A stretch of DNA of 64,000 bases from assembly GCF_004010195.1 (NCBI RefSeq), contig NC_057755.1, positions 8,905,306 through 8,969,305 on the forward strand. Direction: 5' to 3'. Under the pieces are notes generated by a model. The model was not told where the DNA came from. It did no database searches and saw only the letters and a list, made by a program, of their open reading frames with translations. Position numbers and translations under genes: made by a program. The DNA is from Chiloscyllium plagiosum (lineage: Eukaryota). Shown one piece after another: positions 37,159 to 50,525 of the stretch. Numbering within the stretch: the stretch's first letter is position 1; each line of letters opens with the position of its first letter.

Positions 37159-37504
37159 AGTGGGGTAGATGAGCCATGATCTTATCGAACAGATGGCAGG
37201 CAACGTCTGCTCCTGTTTCCTATGTCCTTTTAATACATCAGGATTTTTTAAAGATCATGGAAGTGTGAGAATTCAAGCTTTGGAGAAGATTAACATATCG
37301 GGAGAGATACTTCAAAAGGAATCAACAAAATGAACTTAATGTACTAGCATGTTCGATCTATGAACTGTTTAAAACAATCTGATTAAGAACAACAGAATGC
37401 AGAACTCCAAGAAGAAGGCATGGCAGACCATGTTCATAAATTGGACATTTGATGTCGGGAGGAGAAATAAACAATGTTACACAGAACCTCAACAACTGTT
37501 CAGT

Positions 37505-37875
37505 GCTGCACGGTGGCTCAGTGGTGAACAGTGCTGCCTCACAGCGCCGTAGACCCGGGTTCAATCTGACGCTTGGGCGACTGTCTGTGTGGAAATTGAA
37601 TGCTCTCGTGTGTCTGCATGGGTTTCCTCCGGGGGCTTTGGTTTCTACCAAAAGTTCAAAGATGTGCAGGTTAGGTGCTATCGCAATGCACTGTTGTCCC
37701 ATCGCATCTGGTGATGTGCAGGCCAGCAAGGTTAGCCATAGGAAATGTAAAATTACGGAAATCGGGTCGGAGGAAGGCTGTGGGTCTAGTTTGGCCAGTA
37801 TTAGGAGGATTGGTGTGGACTCGACCGGCCAAATGACCTCCTTCAACACCATTGGCGTTCTATGATTCTATGAAC
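37505..37875 (+). mobile_element. Old HE1-type SINE (counterpart of 16770-17120)
   Basis: gcacggtggctcagtggtgaacagtgctgcc head and (ttctatga)n tail. Confidence 0.85.
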
Positions 37876-38109
37876 TGTTCTGCGGAAGGAATTTCAGGGA
37901 GTGTGTGAATTGGCAGAAGTGTCAAAAACAAAACACATTCTAATGGACACTGCTGTCCTGCTGGTCCACGGAGGCAATAAAATGTCTATATGATAAAATT
38001 ATGATGTTAAATTGCACAAATGAACTTTATTACTCTTCCAGAAGGAAAAAAAGAAAACATTTAACTCAATGCCTTTAAAAGCAATGCTGAAATAAAAATC
38101 GAACCAACC

Positions 38110-38800
38110 TTGAAGGTTGCTGCACAGGTGGATAGAGTGGTCAAGAAGGCATATGGTATGCTTGCCATCATCGGATAGGGCATTGAGTATAAGAGCTGGC
38201 AGGTCATGTTAAAATCGTGCAAGACGTTGGTCCGGCTGCATTTAGAATACTGTATACAGTTTTGGTCGCAACATTACCAAAATGATGTGGACGCTTTGGC
38301 GAAGATGCAGACAAGGTTTACGAGGATGTTGGTTGGTATGGAAGGTGCTAGCTATGAAGAGAAGTTGAGTAGTTTCAGTTTGTTTTCATTAGGAAAAAAG
38401 GAGATTGAGAGGAGACCTGTTTGAGGTTTTCAAAATCATGAACGGTATAGGCGGGGTAGGTAGAGATAAGCTTTTCTTCCCAGGGTGAAGGATTCAGTAA
38501 CGAGAGGTCACGCTTTCAAGGTGAGAGGTTAAATGTTTAAGGGGGATACACGTGGCAAGTAATTTACACAGAGGGTGGTGGGTGTCTGGAACGCGTTGCC
38601 AGCAGAGCTGGTAGAGGCATGCACGGTAGATTCACTTAAGATGTGTCTGAACAGATGCATGAGTATGTGGGGAGCAGAGCGATACAGATGATTAGGAATT
38701 GACGGACAGGTTTAGAGAGCACATTTGGATCAGCTCAGGTTTGGAGGGACGAAGGGCCTGTTCCTGGTCTGTAAATTTTCTTTATTCCTCGTTCTTGTTC
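38110..38800 (+). mobile_element. CR1/HER1-type LINE 3' fragment
   Basis: LVRLHLEYCIQFWS...; same family as 19040-20050 but at a non-equivalent intron position. Confidence 0.9.
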
Positions 38801-39298
38801 TATGTTTTTAAAGTGCTGGAACACCATATATAATCTGACTAACCTCCCTTTATAGACAGAGTCAGATGTTTAAAATCATCGATATGATCTCCGAGCCAAA
38901 TTGTTCAGAGATATCATTTCGCTTCCCTGGAGTTGGTGGCAATTGAACCTGGGACCTCGTAGTGATTCATAACATCGATACAACAGAGTTAGATGTTGCT
39001 GGGAATTTACAGGGAAGCCATTGCAACTCACCTAGTTGATTTTTTTACAGTCAGATTGTAGGTGACCATACTAACTAGCCCCAGGCATCATGCTGTGTCA
39101 TTATTCATTCAAGCTCACAACAGACAGACTCAGTGGCAACAGTTATCACGTGGATAGAACACAACGCTGATGGTTTGGAATTTAACTTATTTTGCATTGT
39201 TGCCTTTGTTAATGTACGATAATAATTTACATCTTGTGCTAATCATTAGCCTTTGAAAAATATTCAAACAACAACAAAAAACACAGGACCACTTGATC

Positions 39299-39605
39299 AT
39301 CAGGCATCAGAAAATGTATCTTCCAGCAGTACAAACACTAGAAAATTACTGCAATCATCCCCAGAAGACAAGCTTATTCTGAACTAAATGGAACATGCAA
39401 CCAATTCCCAGACATAAGAGAAGCGAAAATTGCATGCACTCATTAATTATTATCAGGCATCAGAAAATGTATCTTCCAGCAGTACAAACACTGGAAAATT
39501 ACTGCAATCATCCCAAGAAGACAAGCTTATTCGGAACTAAATGGAACATGCAACCAACTCACATACATACGAAAAGCGAAGTTGCATGCACTCATTAAAT
39601 ATTAT
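39299..39605. repeat. 2 x ~153 bp tandem duplication
   Basis: atcaggcatcagaaaatgtatcttccagc...gcatgcactcattaa is repeated at ~39299 and ~39452. Confidence 0.9.
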
Positions 39606-39870
39606 TTGTACACATGAGTACATGTGCATGTACTCATGTGTTTTAAGTACACAGTAGTCGACATTTAACATCTTGCACAAGAATTCGTGAGCGGTATTTG
39701 GTCCCGTGTCTATGGAAAGATGTGTTCGACTTGAAGGGGGATCAGAGGGCATTCACAGGAATGAAGGCTTTGCCATATGAGGAGCAGTTGAGGACTCTGG
39801 AACTGTACGTGATGGGTTTCAGATATGTGAAGGGGAATCTGATTCAAACTTTCAGTACACTGAGAGACCT

Positions 39871-40370
39871 NNNNNNNNNNNNNNNNNNNNNNNNNNNNNN
39901 NNNNNNNNNNNNNNNNNNNNNNNNNNNNNNNNNNNNNNNNNNNNNNNNNNNNNNNNNNNNNNNNNNNNNNNNNNNNNNNNNNNNNNNNNNNNNNNNNNNN
40001 NNNNNNNNNNNNNNNNNNNNNNNNNNNNNNNNNNNNNNNNNNNNNNNNNNNNNNNNNNNNNNNNNNNNNNNNNNNNNNNNNNNNNNNNNNNNNNNNNNNN
40101 NNNNNNNNNNNNNNNNNNNNNNNNNNNNNNNNNNNNNNNNNNNNNNNNNNNNNNNNNNNNNNNNNNNNNNNNNNNNNNNNNNNNNNNNNNNNNNNNNNNN
40201 NNNNNNNNNNNNNNNNNNNNNNNNNNNNNNNNNNNNNNNNNNNNNNNNNNNNNNNNNNNNNNNNNNNNNNNNNNNNNNNNNNNNNNNNNNNNNNNNNNNN
40301 NNNNNNNNNNNNNNNNNNNNNNNNNNNNNNNNNNNNNNNNNNNNNNNNNNNNNNNNNNNNNNNNNNNNNN
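39871..40370. other. Assembly gap (500 N, true size unknown)
   Basis: Run of N. Confidence 1.
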
Positions 40371-41061
40371 TAGATCCCACATCTGTTTGTGTAATGATTC
40401 AATAACCCATACTGCGAATGCTCCAGTGTGTGGGCACCATTCAAATCACCTTGACATGAAGGTGCACCTCACTAACATAATTTCCTGCTCAACCATTATT
40501 CCTTCAATTATTAATTTGCAGATTGAATCGCCTGTGGTAATCATGTTTATCTGTATTATTCTCCGTCCCATATCAGAAAATCCATCTGAACTGGTACCAG
40601 CCTCACGCACGCATTCACAAAAAATCCCTGGCATCCCAAAGACACCACCACCCCAGAGGGCCATCAGCTCCACCCACATTGATGACTTGGAGATTCACTG
40701 TGCTGCAGACGGGGGCGGGATTGAGACGCAAGGCGTTCTTGGTAATCTCAGCTGGAAAGAGTAATGAATTGATGTGAGATCAGAAGGTCTGGGTTTATTA
40801 GACTAGAATCCTCCTGCTTCATGTCAAGATAATCTGAAAGGTGCCCACACACTGTAACAAATTTCACTTGTTATATTTCATTGATGCGAGTAATTTCCAA
40901 AATATCATTCATGTGAAATAACGTAGAACTTAACAGTTTTTATTCTTTCTTCAAGTATCCTGTTTGCATTAGGAGAACGTAAGATATGTGGGACTTATTT
41001 CTGCACTGCAGAACTTTTGGAGATAGAGGAAGGCAAAAGAGATTCTGACAGTGATCAGTTT

Positions 41062-41977
41062 TTATAGCTTTTTCTTTCGACTGAACAACATCAGAATAAA
41101 GGACAATGGGAATGTCAAAACCTTCTTCAGTTCTTCCCTGAATTTCCTTTGTGTGGCTGTATAAATGCATACGTTAGTGCATGAACTCAAGTACATGAGC
41201 ATGTAGCCGGTTTTTAGTGGCAATGTAGGCAGGAGCTGTATAATCACCTCGATAATGTGTAGTATTTGTTATCCTCGTAGATAAAAAGCTCACAGTGGCT
41301 GTTAGTCAGAGAAGAGTAAAACTTCCCCATATCGTGAAGAGCAAAATAATGGATCTTCGACTTTTCATCTCTGGTTCTCTTTGACTCTTATGAATGCCTC
41401 CCCCAGCCAGCTCTGCGAGATATATTGGCGAGTTCAATACGCCTGATGGTCAAGCAATTGAATGTGAATAGCAAAGAGAAAGGAAGCCAATGAACTAAGA
41501 CACTCTGTAACCAGGTGAATGCTCTACCCCAAGGTGAAGTGAACAATTTCAACTTAGGGCGGTAACCCCATTGTAAATGACCAATTGTTTGTTCAGGTTC
41601 ATACACAAACCAAAAGGGTATGTTTTCCAGGCAAACCAGGGTACTTGTGATCACTATCACTGCAGATGCTGTCCTCACTGTACATTACTTTGTTTTCAGT
41701 CTCACACAACATACCACTACATATTGATCAAATGTGAACAAGACGGTGAACCACACTGACATTAACAGTGTGACTGAACTCACATAGATCAAAAGCTTAC
41801 AAACTCCAGTGTAGGACAAGAATGAATGTGCAAAATGATAACTGAAAATTCGGAATGCAGTTACGTTGAGGATTTGGACCAGTAAAGCTGCTGTTGCCAT
41901 GGCCACTATGTCGGCAGCTGTACAAGTGGAAATGCCACAGTTTCCCCTGGAGAGAATGATCATTGTCACCAGATTCG
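41062..41977 (-). pseudogene. GPR139/GPR142-like GPCR pseudogene (gene 3), exon 2
   Basis: ANLVTMIILSRGNCGIS...SVWFTVLFTFDQY...SSCTNVCIY. Nonsense TAA at 41687-41685, frameshift near 41400, in-frame TGA at the TM6 Trp (~41308), frameshift near 41215. Confidence 0.92.
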
Positions 41978-43103
41978 CTGTAAGACAAATGGCTAAAGTT
42001 TGAAAACAGAATTACTCAGATTACAGTAAATCCTGCAAACTTTGCGGCGAAATACTGAAAAGTTTGTGACTCAGAATTCTGTAGAATGATAATTGTAATT
42101 AAATGGATAGAGGGTCAAAAAGTGCATTGTGGGATAACAAATCTGCGTATGTCAGAATGAAGGGATTGAGTTGGCTTGTTTCCAGTTCCCTGACTTGACA
42201 TAATGAAGGAGCAGCTCTCCAAAATGTTGTAAATTCAAACAAACCTGTTGGACTGGAACTTGCATGATGATGATGCTCCTTTAACAAAGTTAGGTTGCTC
42301 TTGTTTCTTTTCACGTGGTTGGAAAAACAGAGGTTCTGAAAAGGTCGTGCTTTGATGAGTTTTCGGGACAGTTTGATAACAGCAAACAAGTACTGCCTCA
42401 GGGAAATGGTTTTCAAGTATTGAAAACAATTCTTAGGGCAATGAAAGTGAAATGGCTCTTCCTCCCTGCTCATATTTTCTTTGGTATGTTTTGGTCTGGG
42501 TATTCACTGAAATCTGTCAGGCTGTTTGTAAAACCTGCTGGACCCAAACAATCAGGTCCATGCTGTCCCCTTTCTCCCTCTGACATCTCTCCTGTAAGAC
42601 CCTGTGTTTGATTTTACTTTTTATCCTAAGGGGTGTTTATAGGGATTGTTGCAATATTGGTAACAGCCCCATTAAATTGGGATGACGTGTTGGGTTTTCA
42701 GATTGGTTCAGTAACTCAGTATTCTGCTCTCTTTAGATTGCATTGATATACAGCACAGGGATATACAGCACAGAAGCAAACCCTTGGGTCAATGCATTCA
42801 TGCTGATCAAATACCCTAAACAAATCTAATCCCATTTGCCAACATATCCCTTTAAACCTTTCCTTTTCATCTCTCCATTCAGATGCATTTTAAGTGCTGT
42901 AATTGTACCAGCCTCCAATATTACCTCTCCGCAGCTCTGTATTGGAAAAATGTTGTCCCCTTAGTTCTCTTTTTAATTTTTCCACTCTCATCTTAAACCT
43001 ATGCCCTCTTATTTTACTCTATCCATGCCCCTCGTGATTTTATAAACCTCAAAACGTTACCCCCCTCAACGTCTGACTCGCCAGGGATAACAGCCCCAGA
43101 CTA

Positions 43104-43812
43104 AGTTAAAAATCCCACAACACCAGGTTATAGTCCAACAGGTTTAATTGGAAGCACACTAGCTTTCGGAGCGACGCTCCTTCATCAGGTGATTGTGGAG
43201 GGCTCGATCGTAACACAGAATTTATAGCAAAAATTTGCAGTGTGATGTAACTGAAATTATACATTGTGAAATTGATTGTCTGTTAAGCCTTTCATCTGTT
43301 AGAATACAGCGATAGTTTCACTTCTTTCATGTGTAAATCACAAAACCTTTTTTTTAAAAGTTGCATTCTCAGGTTAGCTGTTAACAATGGTGATAGCTAG
43401 ACAATATGTTGAAGGTGTTAGTCCCCTGTGTTCTCTGTCTATGCCATGATGTTTAGATTGATTCGAATCTAAAAAGTGAGATAACAGAGTTTTACATAAA
43501 TTCATGCAGTTTTTGAGCTCAGAGTTCTACATGAATGTATGCAGTTTTTGAGCAAAGTGCAATGTAACTCTGCAAGTACAAAAAAAATTCACCCCACAAA
43601 ATATATGTGGGCATGTGGGTCTTTGTCTGTCTGTGTGTGTGTCTGTCTGGGTTGGGGTTTGTGAGTGTGAGAAAGTGTGTGTGAGTGTGTGTGTAGTGAG
43701 TGCAGAGTGTCTTAAGTCTGTGAGGGGGTGCATGTGTGGGAGTTTGTGTGTCTATAAGGGTGTCTGTGTGCGCGTCTTTGTGTACCTGTCTCCGTGTGTA
43801 TGTGAGAGTGTG
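43104..43812 (-). mobile_element. Penelope-like 3' terminal fragment (third family) with (TG)n tract
   Basis: Duplication agacta (43098-43103 / 43813-43818), a hammerhead core, and an end related to 50350-50525. Confidence 0.75.
43155..43193 (-). ncRNA. Minimal hammerhead ribozyme motif
   Basis: Reverse strand reads cac-CTGATGA-aggagcgtcgctcc-GAAAGCTA-gtg, with stem I cac/gtg, stem II ggagc/gctcc and an intact core. Confidence 0.75.
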
Positions 43813-45044
43813 AGACTATACAGCCTCTACTTATAACTCAAACTGCTAAACATGGAAACAGCTTAGTAAACCTCTTCTGATCCTTCTCGAGCTTCACAAT
43901 ATCCCTGCTACATCAAAAAGTTCAGAAGTCTTATCTAAAAATTCTGTTTTGTTTAAAAACTAAGTGGTTTGACCAGCTGTATCTCTCCGGGAAGATCCAT
44001 ATGACATCTGCATCAAACAGATGGGAAACTTAGGCTAATTTGTAGAATTGTTCTGTGGGGGCTGAACTGATCCTTAATAGGTGTAACCTCTGAGCTTGCC
44101 CCCTTCAAACCAACAGCAGCACCTCCACATCGTGGTAATTACCTCAAAATGGGTTGCAGAAGCTGTTCTGAAAATGGTTCACATTTATTCAGATGCAAAG
44201 ATGGACAGCTAAATCAATTCAGCTTCCCTGTTCTTGCATTTACCACACCGTGAAAATAAGTTGCTCAATGACCCTGAACATAGACCTCAACAGTTTCTGA
44301 TCAGTCTTTTCGAATCACCAGTGTTCGACTTCTTTGAATAATCAGAAAACAGACACCAGGCCTTTTGCTCAAACAGCAGATTAAACAATTTCGAAAACGT
44401 ACATAAACGTAAGCAGACTAAATTTAAGCAGTAAAGCAATGCTGAAATTTAAACCCCAATCTTCTCTGATTATAGCCTGTATTCTGGCTCCAAAACAGCT
44501 AGACAAGGAGGCACATTAAGGAAGAAACAAAAAGGAGGAAAAAAAAAGAGCTTGCTTCAGCTGTTTCCACAATCCACAACATGACTGTCACAAGCGACTG
44601 TACCTCGCTGGTTTTCAGATCACACTGTGTGACGATGCTGTCACTTTCAAAGGCTATTTTCTTCTCGTCTTTTTTGTTTGAGGTTGGGTTGTCGGGCAGT
44701 GCTGCCGGCCTGGCTAAGTGAAGATGATTTGAGAAATCAACTTGTGATGCTTTCGGAGTTTTGTTTTTACATTGGAACAATGTGAGCAGCCTGAATCTGG
44801 GATTGGTCAGCCCTCACAGATCCAGTGATCCGGGTTTTTATTTTAGTAAAATCAGAAACTGTGGTGGGTCTCAGAAGAGTTGGTAGCGAGAGTGAATGAT
44901 TCCAGCTGCTAATATTTTAAAAACTTGTTTTTTTCTTTTTGTTGCTTATTCCTCCTGCGTTGGAGAACTGCATGAAAGAAACTGTGCCTGAGTTTGCCTC
45001 TTCTTTTGCCAACAGGTATGCCTGTGGCACGTCCCAGCATTTAG

Positions 45045-45370
45045 GGTTGCATGGTGGCTCAGTGGTTAGTACTGCTGCCCCCCCCCCCCCCTCGCCAGCA
45101 CCAGGGACCGGGGTTCAGTTCCAGCCACAGGTGACTGCGTGTGTGGAGTTGGCACATTCTCCCTGTGTCCATGTGGATTTCCTCTCGCAGTCCAAAGATC
45201 TGCAGCATAGGTGATTTGACCAAGATAAATTGCCCATTGTGTTCATGGATGTGTCGTTTCGGTGCTTCAGTCAGGGAAATGTCGGGTAATGAGTCTGGGT
45301 TCGATACGCTTCGACGTTGGGTGTGGACTTGTTGGGCTGAAGGGCCTGTTTCCGCACTGTAGGAATTCTA
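45045..45370 (+). mobile_element. HE1-type SINE
   Basis: gcatggtggctcagtggttagtactgctgcc head, V-domain and gggcctgtttcc tail. Confidence 0.85.
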
Positions 45371-46309
45371 ACTCAAAGAAACAACTAAATGGCAGTAGGT
45401 ACTGTATCTATCATTTGGTTTATTTTCCCAATAGTTAAGGCATTCTACATTAATCTTTCTTTTCTTTGTATTAGTTCCCTTGATCTGAGTATCAGCCTAT
45501 TATAGTCAAGGGATGGAAAGGGAACTGACAGGCACAGGGATCCCCTTGTGGCCGTTCCCCTCAATAACAAGTCCGCCATTTTGGATACCGTTGGGGGTGG
45601 ATGGCTTATCAGGGGTAAGCCATGGGGTACAGGTCTCTGGCACGGAGTCTCTCCCCGTTTTGGGAGGAGGGAAAGGGAGGGGATGAGCAGAGCAATGGTC
45701 ATTCGGGACTCCATAGTTGGGGGGACAGATAGGAGGTTCAGTGGAAATAACAGAGAATCGCTGTTGGTGTGTTGCCTCCCAGGTGCCAGGGTTCATGAAA
45801 TCTCAGATCGTGTTTTCAGGGTCCTTGAGGAAGATGGGGTGCATCCCCAAGTTGTGGTCCACATAGGTACGAAAAACATAGGTAGGACAAGGGATGGGGA
45901 TTTAAGACAGAAATTCTGGGAGCGAGGGTGGAAGTTTAGTGCTGGAACAAAGCACATTGTTACCTCTGGTGTGTTGCCCATGCCTTGTGCTCGTGAGGCA
46001 AGGAATAGGAAGGGAGAGGATCAGGTGGCTACAGGGATGGTGCAGGAGGAACGGTTTCTGATACCTTGATAATTGGGGCTCATTCTGGGGTAGATTTAGG
46101 ATACATAGGATGGGGAAGGAAATTGCAGGGAATGGGCAAAATTGAATGGTGGAGCTTATTCAAGGAAGAGCTACTGTGTATCCTTGATAAGTATGTACCT
46201 GTCAGGCAGAAAGCGTCAGAGCGAGTGAGAGGGCCATGGTTTACTAAAGAAGTTGAATCTGTGGTCAAGTGGAAGAAGGAGGCTTATGTTCGGATGAGAT
46301 CATGAAGTT

Positions 46310-48371
46310 GCAGAAGTTGCAGGATCAGTTCATTCCTAAAAGGTAGAAAGATCCCAAGAGGAGGCATGGGCGGCCTTGGCTGACGAGGGAAGTTAAGAAA
46401 CATATAAAGTTAAAAGAGAAAAAGTATAACATAGCAAAGATAAGTAGGAAAACTGAGGACTGGGAAGCTTTTAAAGAGCAACAGAGGATTACTAAGAAGG
46501 AAATACGCAGAGGAAAAATGAGGTAAGAAGGTAAATTGGCCAATAATATAAAGGAGGATAGTAAAAGCTTTTTTAGGTATGTGCAAGGCAAAAAAATGGT
46601 TAGGACTAAAGTTGGGCCCTTGAAGACAGAAACGGGCATATATTACTAGGAACAAAGAAATGGCAGAGGAATTAAATGGGTACTTCAGATCTGTGTTCAC
46701 TGGGGAAGACACAACCAATCTTCCTGAGGTAACAGTGGTTGAAGGACCTGAACTTAAGCGAATTTATATTTGCCAGGACTTGGTGTTAGAGAGACTGTTA
46801 GGTCTGAAGGTTGATAAGTCTCCGGGGCCTGATGGTCTGCATTCCAGGGTACTGAAGGAGGTGGCTCGGGAAATCGTGGATGCGTTGGTGATTATTTTCC
46901 AGAGTTCGATAGATTCGGGGTCGGCTCCTGAGGATTGGGAGGGCTAATGTTATACCACTTTTTAAGAAGGGTGGGAGAGAGAAAGCAGGAAATTATAGAC
47001 CAGTTAGTCTGACCTCAGTGGTGGGAAAGATGCTGGAGTCTATTATAAAGGACGAAATTACGGCACATCTGGATAGTAAAAACAGGATAGGACGGAGTCA
47101 GCATGGATTTATGAAGGGGAAATCATGCTTGACTAATCTTCTTGAATTTTTTGAGGATGTAACTATGAAGTTGGACGAGGGAAATCCAGTAGATGTAGTG
47201 TACCTGGACTTTCAGAAAGCTTTTGATAAAGTCCCACACAGGAGGTTAGTGAGTAAAATTAGAGCGCATGGTATTGGGGGCAAAGTACTAGATTGGATTA
47301 AAAATTGATTGGCTGATAGGAAATAAAGGTAGTGATAAACGGCTCCATTTCGGAATGGCAGGCGGTGACCAGTGGAGTACTGCAGGAATCAGTGCTGGCA
47401 CTGCAGCTTTTTACAATATATGTTAATGATATAGGAGATGGTATCAGCAATAACATTAGCAAATTTGCTGATGATACAAAGCTGGGTGGCAGGGTGAAAT
47501 GTGATGAGGATGTTAGGAGATTACAGGGTGACCTGGACAAGTTAGGTGAGTGGGCAGATGCATGGCAGATGCAGTTTAATGTGGATAAATGTATGGTTAT
47601 CCACTTTGGTGGCAAGTACAGGAAGGCACATTACTACCTAAATGGAATCAGAGAGATCTGGGTGTTCTTGTACACCAGTCAATGAAGGCAAGCGTGCAGG
47701 TATAGCAGGTAGTAAAGAAGGCTAATAGCATGCTGGCCTTCATAACAAGAGGAATTGAGTATAGAAGCTGCTTCTGCAGCTGTACAGGGCCCTGGTGAGA
47801 CCACACCTGGAGTACTGTGTGCAGTTCTGGTCTCCAAATTTGAGGAAAGACATTCTGGCTATTGAGGGAGTGTAACGTAGGTTCATGAGGTCAATTCCTG
47901 GAATGGCGGGATGACCTTACACTGAAAGACTGTAGCGACTGGGCTTGTAAACCCTTGAGTTTAGAAGACTGAGATGGGATCTGATTGAGACGTATAAGAT
48001 TATGAAAGGATTGGACACTCTGGCAGCAGGAAACATGTTTCCACTGATGGGTGAGTGCCGAACCAGAGGACATAGCTTAAAAATACGGGGTAGACCATTT
48101 AGGACAGAGATGAGGAGAAACTTCTTCACCCAGAGAGTGGTGGCTGTGTGGACTGCTCTGCCCTAGAGGGCAGTGGAGGCCCAGTCTCTGGATTCATTTA
48201 AGAAAGAGTTGGATAGAGCTCTCAAAGATAATGGAATCAAGGGTTATGGAGATAAGGCAGGAACAGGATACTGATTAGGAATGATCAGCCATGATTATAT
48301 TAAATGGCGGTGCAGGCTCGAAGGGCTGAATGGCCTACTCCTGCTCTATTGTCTAATGTCTATTGTCTATT
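46310..48371 (+). mobile_element. Younger CR1 LINE (RT domain to 3' end) nested in the older CR1
   Basis: KSPGPDGLH, QHGFMKGKSCLTNL, YLDFQKAFDKVPH, KFADDTKL, a (tattgtc)n tail and short flanking duplication tgagat. Confidence 0.9.
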
Positions 48372-49198
48372 GAGATGCAAAGTCTCAGTTAGGGCGCTTG
48401 TGAGTTACCAAATAACAAGGGAAGACGTAAAGAAAGGGCTAACAAGAGCGAGGTGGGGACATATAAAGTTGTTGGTAGGAAAACCCGATCAAGCAAAACC
48501 CAAAAGCTTTCTCTTGGAGATCAGACATAAGAGAATAGTGAGAGAAATATTAGGACCAATCACAGACAGCAGTGAGAAATTGTCTGAGGAGAAGGGGACA
48601 CACAAAATGAATATATTTGTCAGTATTCACACTGGGAAAGTACAATGTTTCAAGGGGAATACCAAGATATAGGCTACTAGTCTCGACGGGATTGAGGGTC
48701 ACAAGGAGGATCTGGAAAGTGTGAAAATAGATAGGTCCCCTGGACGGGTTGGGATTTATCCTAGGATTATCTGGGAAGCCAGCGAGGAAGTTGCACAGTC
48801 TTTGCCTTTGATCTTTATGTCGTCAATGTCGACAGGAATAGTGCCAGAATACTGGAGGATAGCAAATCTCGCCTTTTTCGAGAGGTAGAGACAATCGTGG
48901 TAATTGTAAACCTTTGAACCTTACTTTATTTATGGGTAAAGTGTTGGAAAAGGTTATAAGCAATAGAATTTGTAATCATTTCGAGAGGAATAAGTTAAAC
49001 CTTATTGAGATCTTTGAAATGGTGACCAAACAGGTGAGAGAAGGTGAAGCGGTTGATGTGCTGTATACAGATTTCAGTAAAGTGTTTGTAAAGGTTCCCC
49101 ATGGTAGGTGATTGCAGAAAATACGGTGGCATGGGATTGAGGGTGATTTAGTGGTTTGGATCAGAGATTCGCTTGCTGAAAGATGGCAGAGGGTAGTA

Positions 49199-49518
49199 GA
49201 TTAGATTAGATTACATTACAGTGTAGAAACAGGCCCTTCGGCCCAACAAGTCCACACCGACCCGCCGAAGCGAAACCCACCCATACCCCTACATTTACCC
49301 TTTACCTAACACTACGGGCAATTTAGCATGGCCAATTCACCTGACCCTGCACATCTTTTGGACTGTGGGAGGAAACCGGAGCACCCGGAGGAAACCCACG
49401 CAGACACGGGGAGAACGTGCAAACTCCACACAGTCAGTCGCCTGAGGCGGGAATTGAACCCGGGTCTACAGGCGCTGTGAGGCAGCAGTGCTAACCACTG
49501 TGCCACCGTGCCGCCCAC
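49199..49518 (-). mobile_element. Young HE1-type SINE
   Basis: Clean head ggcggcacggtggcacagtgg, V-domain and (aatct)n tail on the reverse strand. Confidence 0.93.
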
Positions 49519-50349
49519 AAAGTGTTGATGGGAAATGTTCGTCCTTGGGTTCAGTTACTAGTTGCGTACCACACATTCTGTTTTGGAGCCACTGCTGTTT
49601 GTCAATTTTGTAAATGACCGAGGTAAGGTTTTTGGAGGATGGTTTAGTAAAATTGCGGGTGATACCAGGTTCGGTGGAGTTGTGGATAGTGCTGAGGGAT
49701 GTTGCAGATTATAGAGGGACGTAGATAAACTACAGAGCTGAGCTGAGAGGGGGCAAATGGAGATTAATGCAGAAAGGTGTGAGGTGATTCACTTTGGAAG
49801 GATCAACAGGAGTAAAGAGTACTGGGCTAATGGTAAGATTCTTGGTAGTGTAGATCAGCAGACAGATGTCAGTGTCCATGCACATAGATCCTTGAAAGTT
49901 GCTGCCCACGTTGATTTTGTTGTTAAGAAGGCATACGGTGTGTTGGTTTTTATTGGTGGAGAGATTGCACTTCGGAACCATGAAGTCATGCCATAGCTGT
50001 ACAAATCTCTGGTGCGGCCGCACTTGGAGGATTGCATACAGTTCTGGTCACCGCATTACAGGAAGGATGTGAAAGCTTTGTAAAGGGTCCAGAGGAGATT
50101 TACCAGGATGTTGCTTGGTTATGGACAACACCCATCGCTTTATCCCTGTTGATAACCTCATGTAGCTAGCTCTTGTGCACCTCACATTTATTTATTCCGT
50201 ACAATTCTCAAATCAAAACAGGTGGTGAAGAACGGTCAAAAGGTGAAATGACTGAATGACCACAAAATCGTAAATGATTTAACAATTTGTTGTCAAGGAA
50301 CTCTGTTGAAGCGGGAGCTGGGTGGATGTGACATTGACATTGGCAGGAT

Positions 50350-50525
50350 GATGTTAAAAATCCCACAACACCAGTTTATAGTCCAACAGGTTATTTAGAA
50401 GCACTAGCTATCGGAGCGCTGGTGAAGGAACAGCTCATGCCCCCAATTAAACCTGTTGGACTATAACCTCTTACTAAGGGATTTTTAACTTTGTCCATCA
50501 TAGTCCAACACGGGCGCCTCCAAAT
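50350..50525. mobile_element. Inverted pair of Penelope-like termini with a 12-bp TSD
   Basis: gttaaaaatccc...tatagtccaacagg / cctgttggactata...gggatttttaac, with TSD cattggcaggat at 50338-50349 and 50526-50537. Confidence 0.8.

Larger units (their letters stand above)
42755..43910 (-). mobile_element. CR1-type LINE 3' fragment interrupted by a Penelope-like element
   Basis: Reverse complement of the RGDLIEVYKIMRG / RGHRFKMR-type region; resumes after 43812. Confidence 0.75.
45500..50120 (+). mobile_element. Deleted CR1 LINE with SGNH/GDSL esterase-type ORF1 remnant; host of a nested CR1 and a SINE
   Basis: RAMVIRDSIVGGTD...CCLPGARV...VVVHIGTKNIG. ORF2 remnants at ~46100-46300 continue at ~48372-50120. 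Confidence 0.85.

Noticed and set aside
39698..40444. ORFs containing long X runs
   Set aside because: Artefacts of the N gap.
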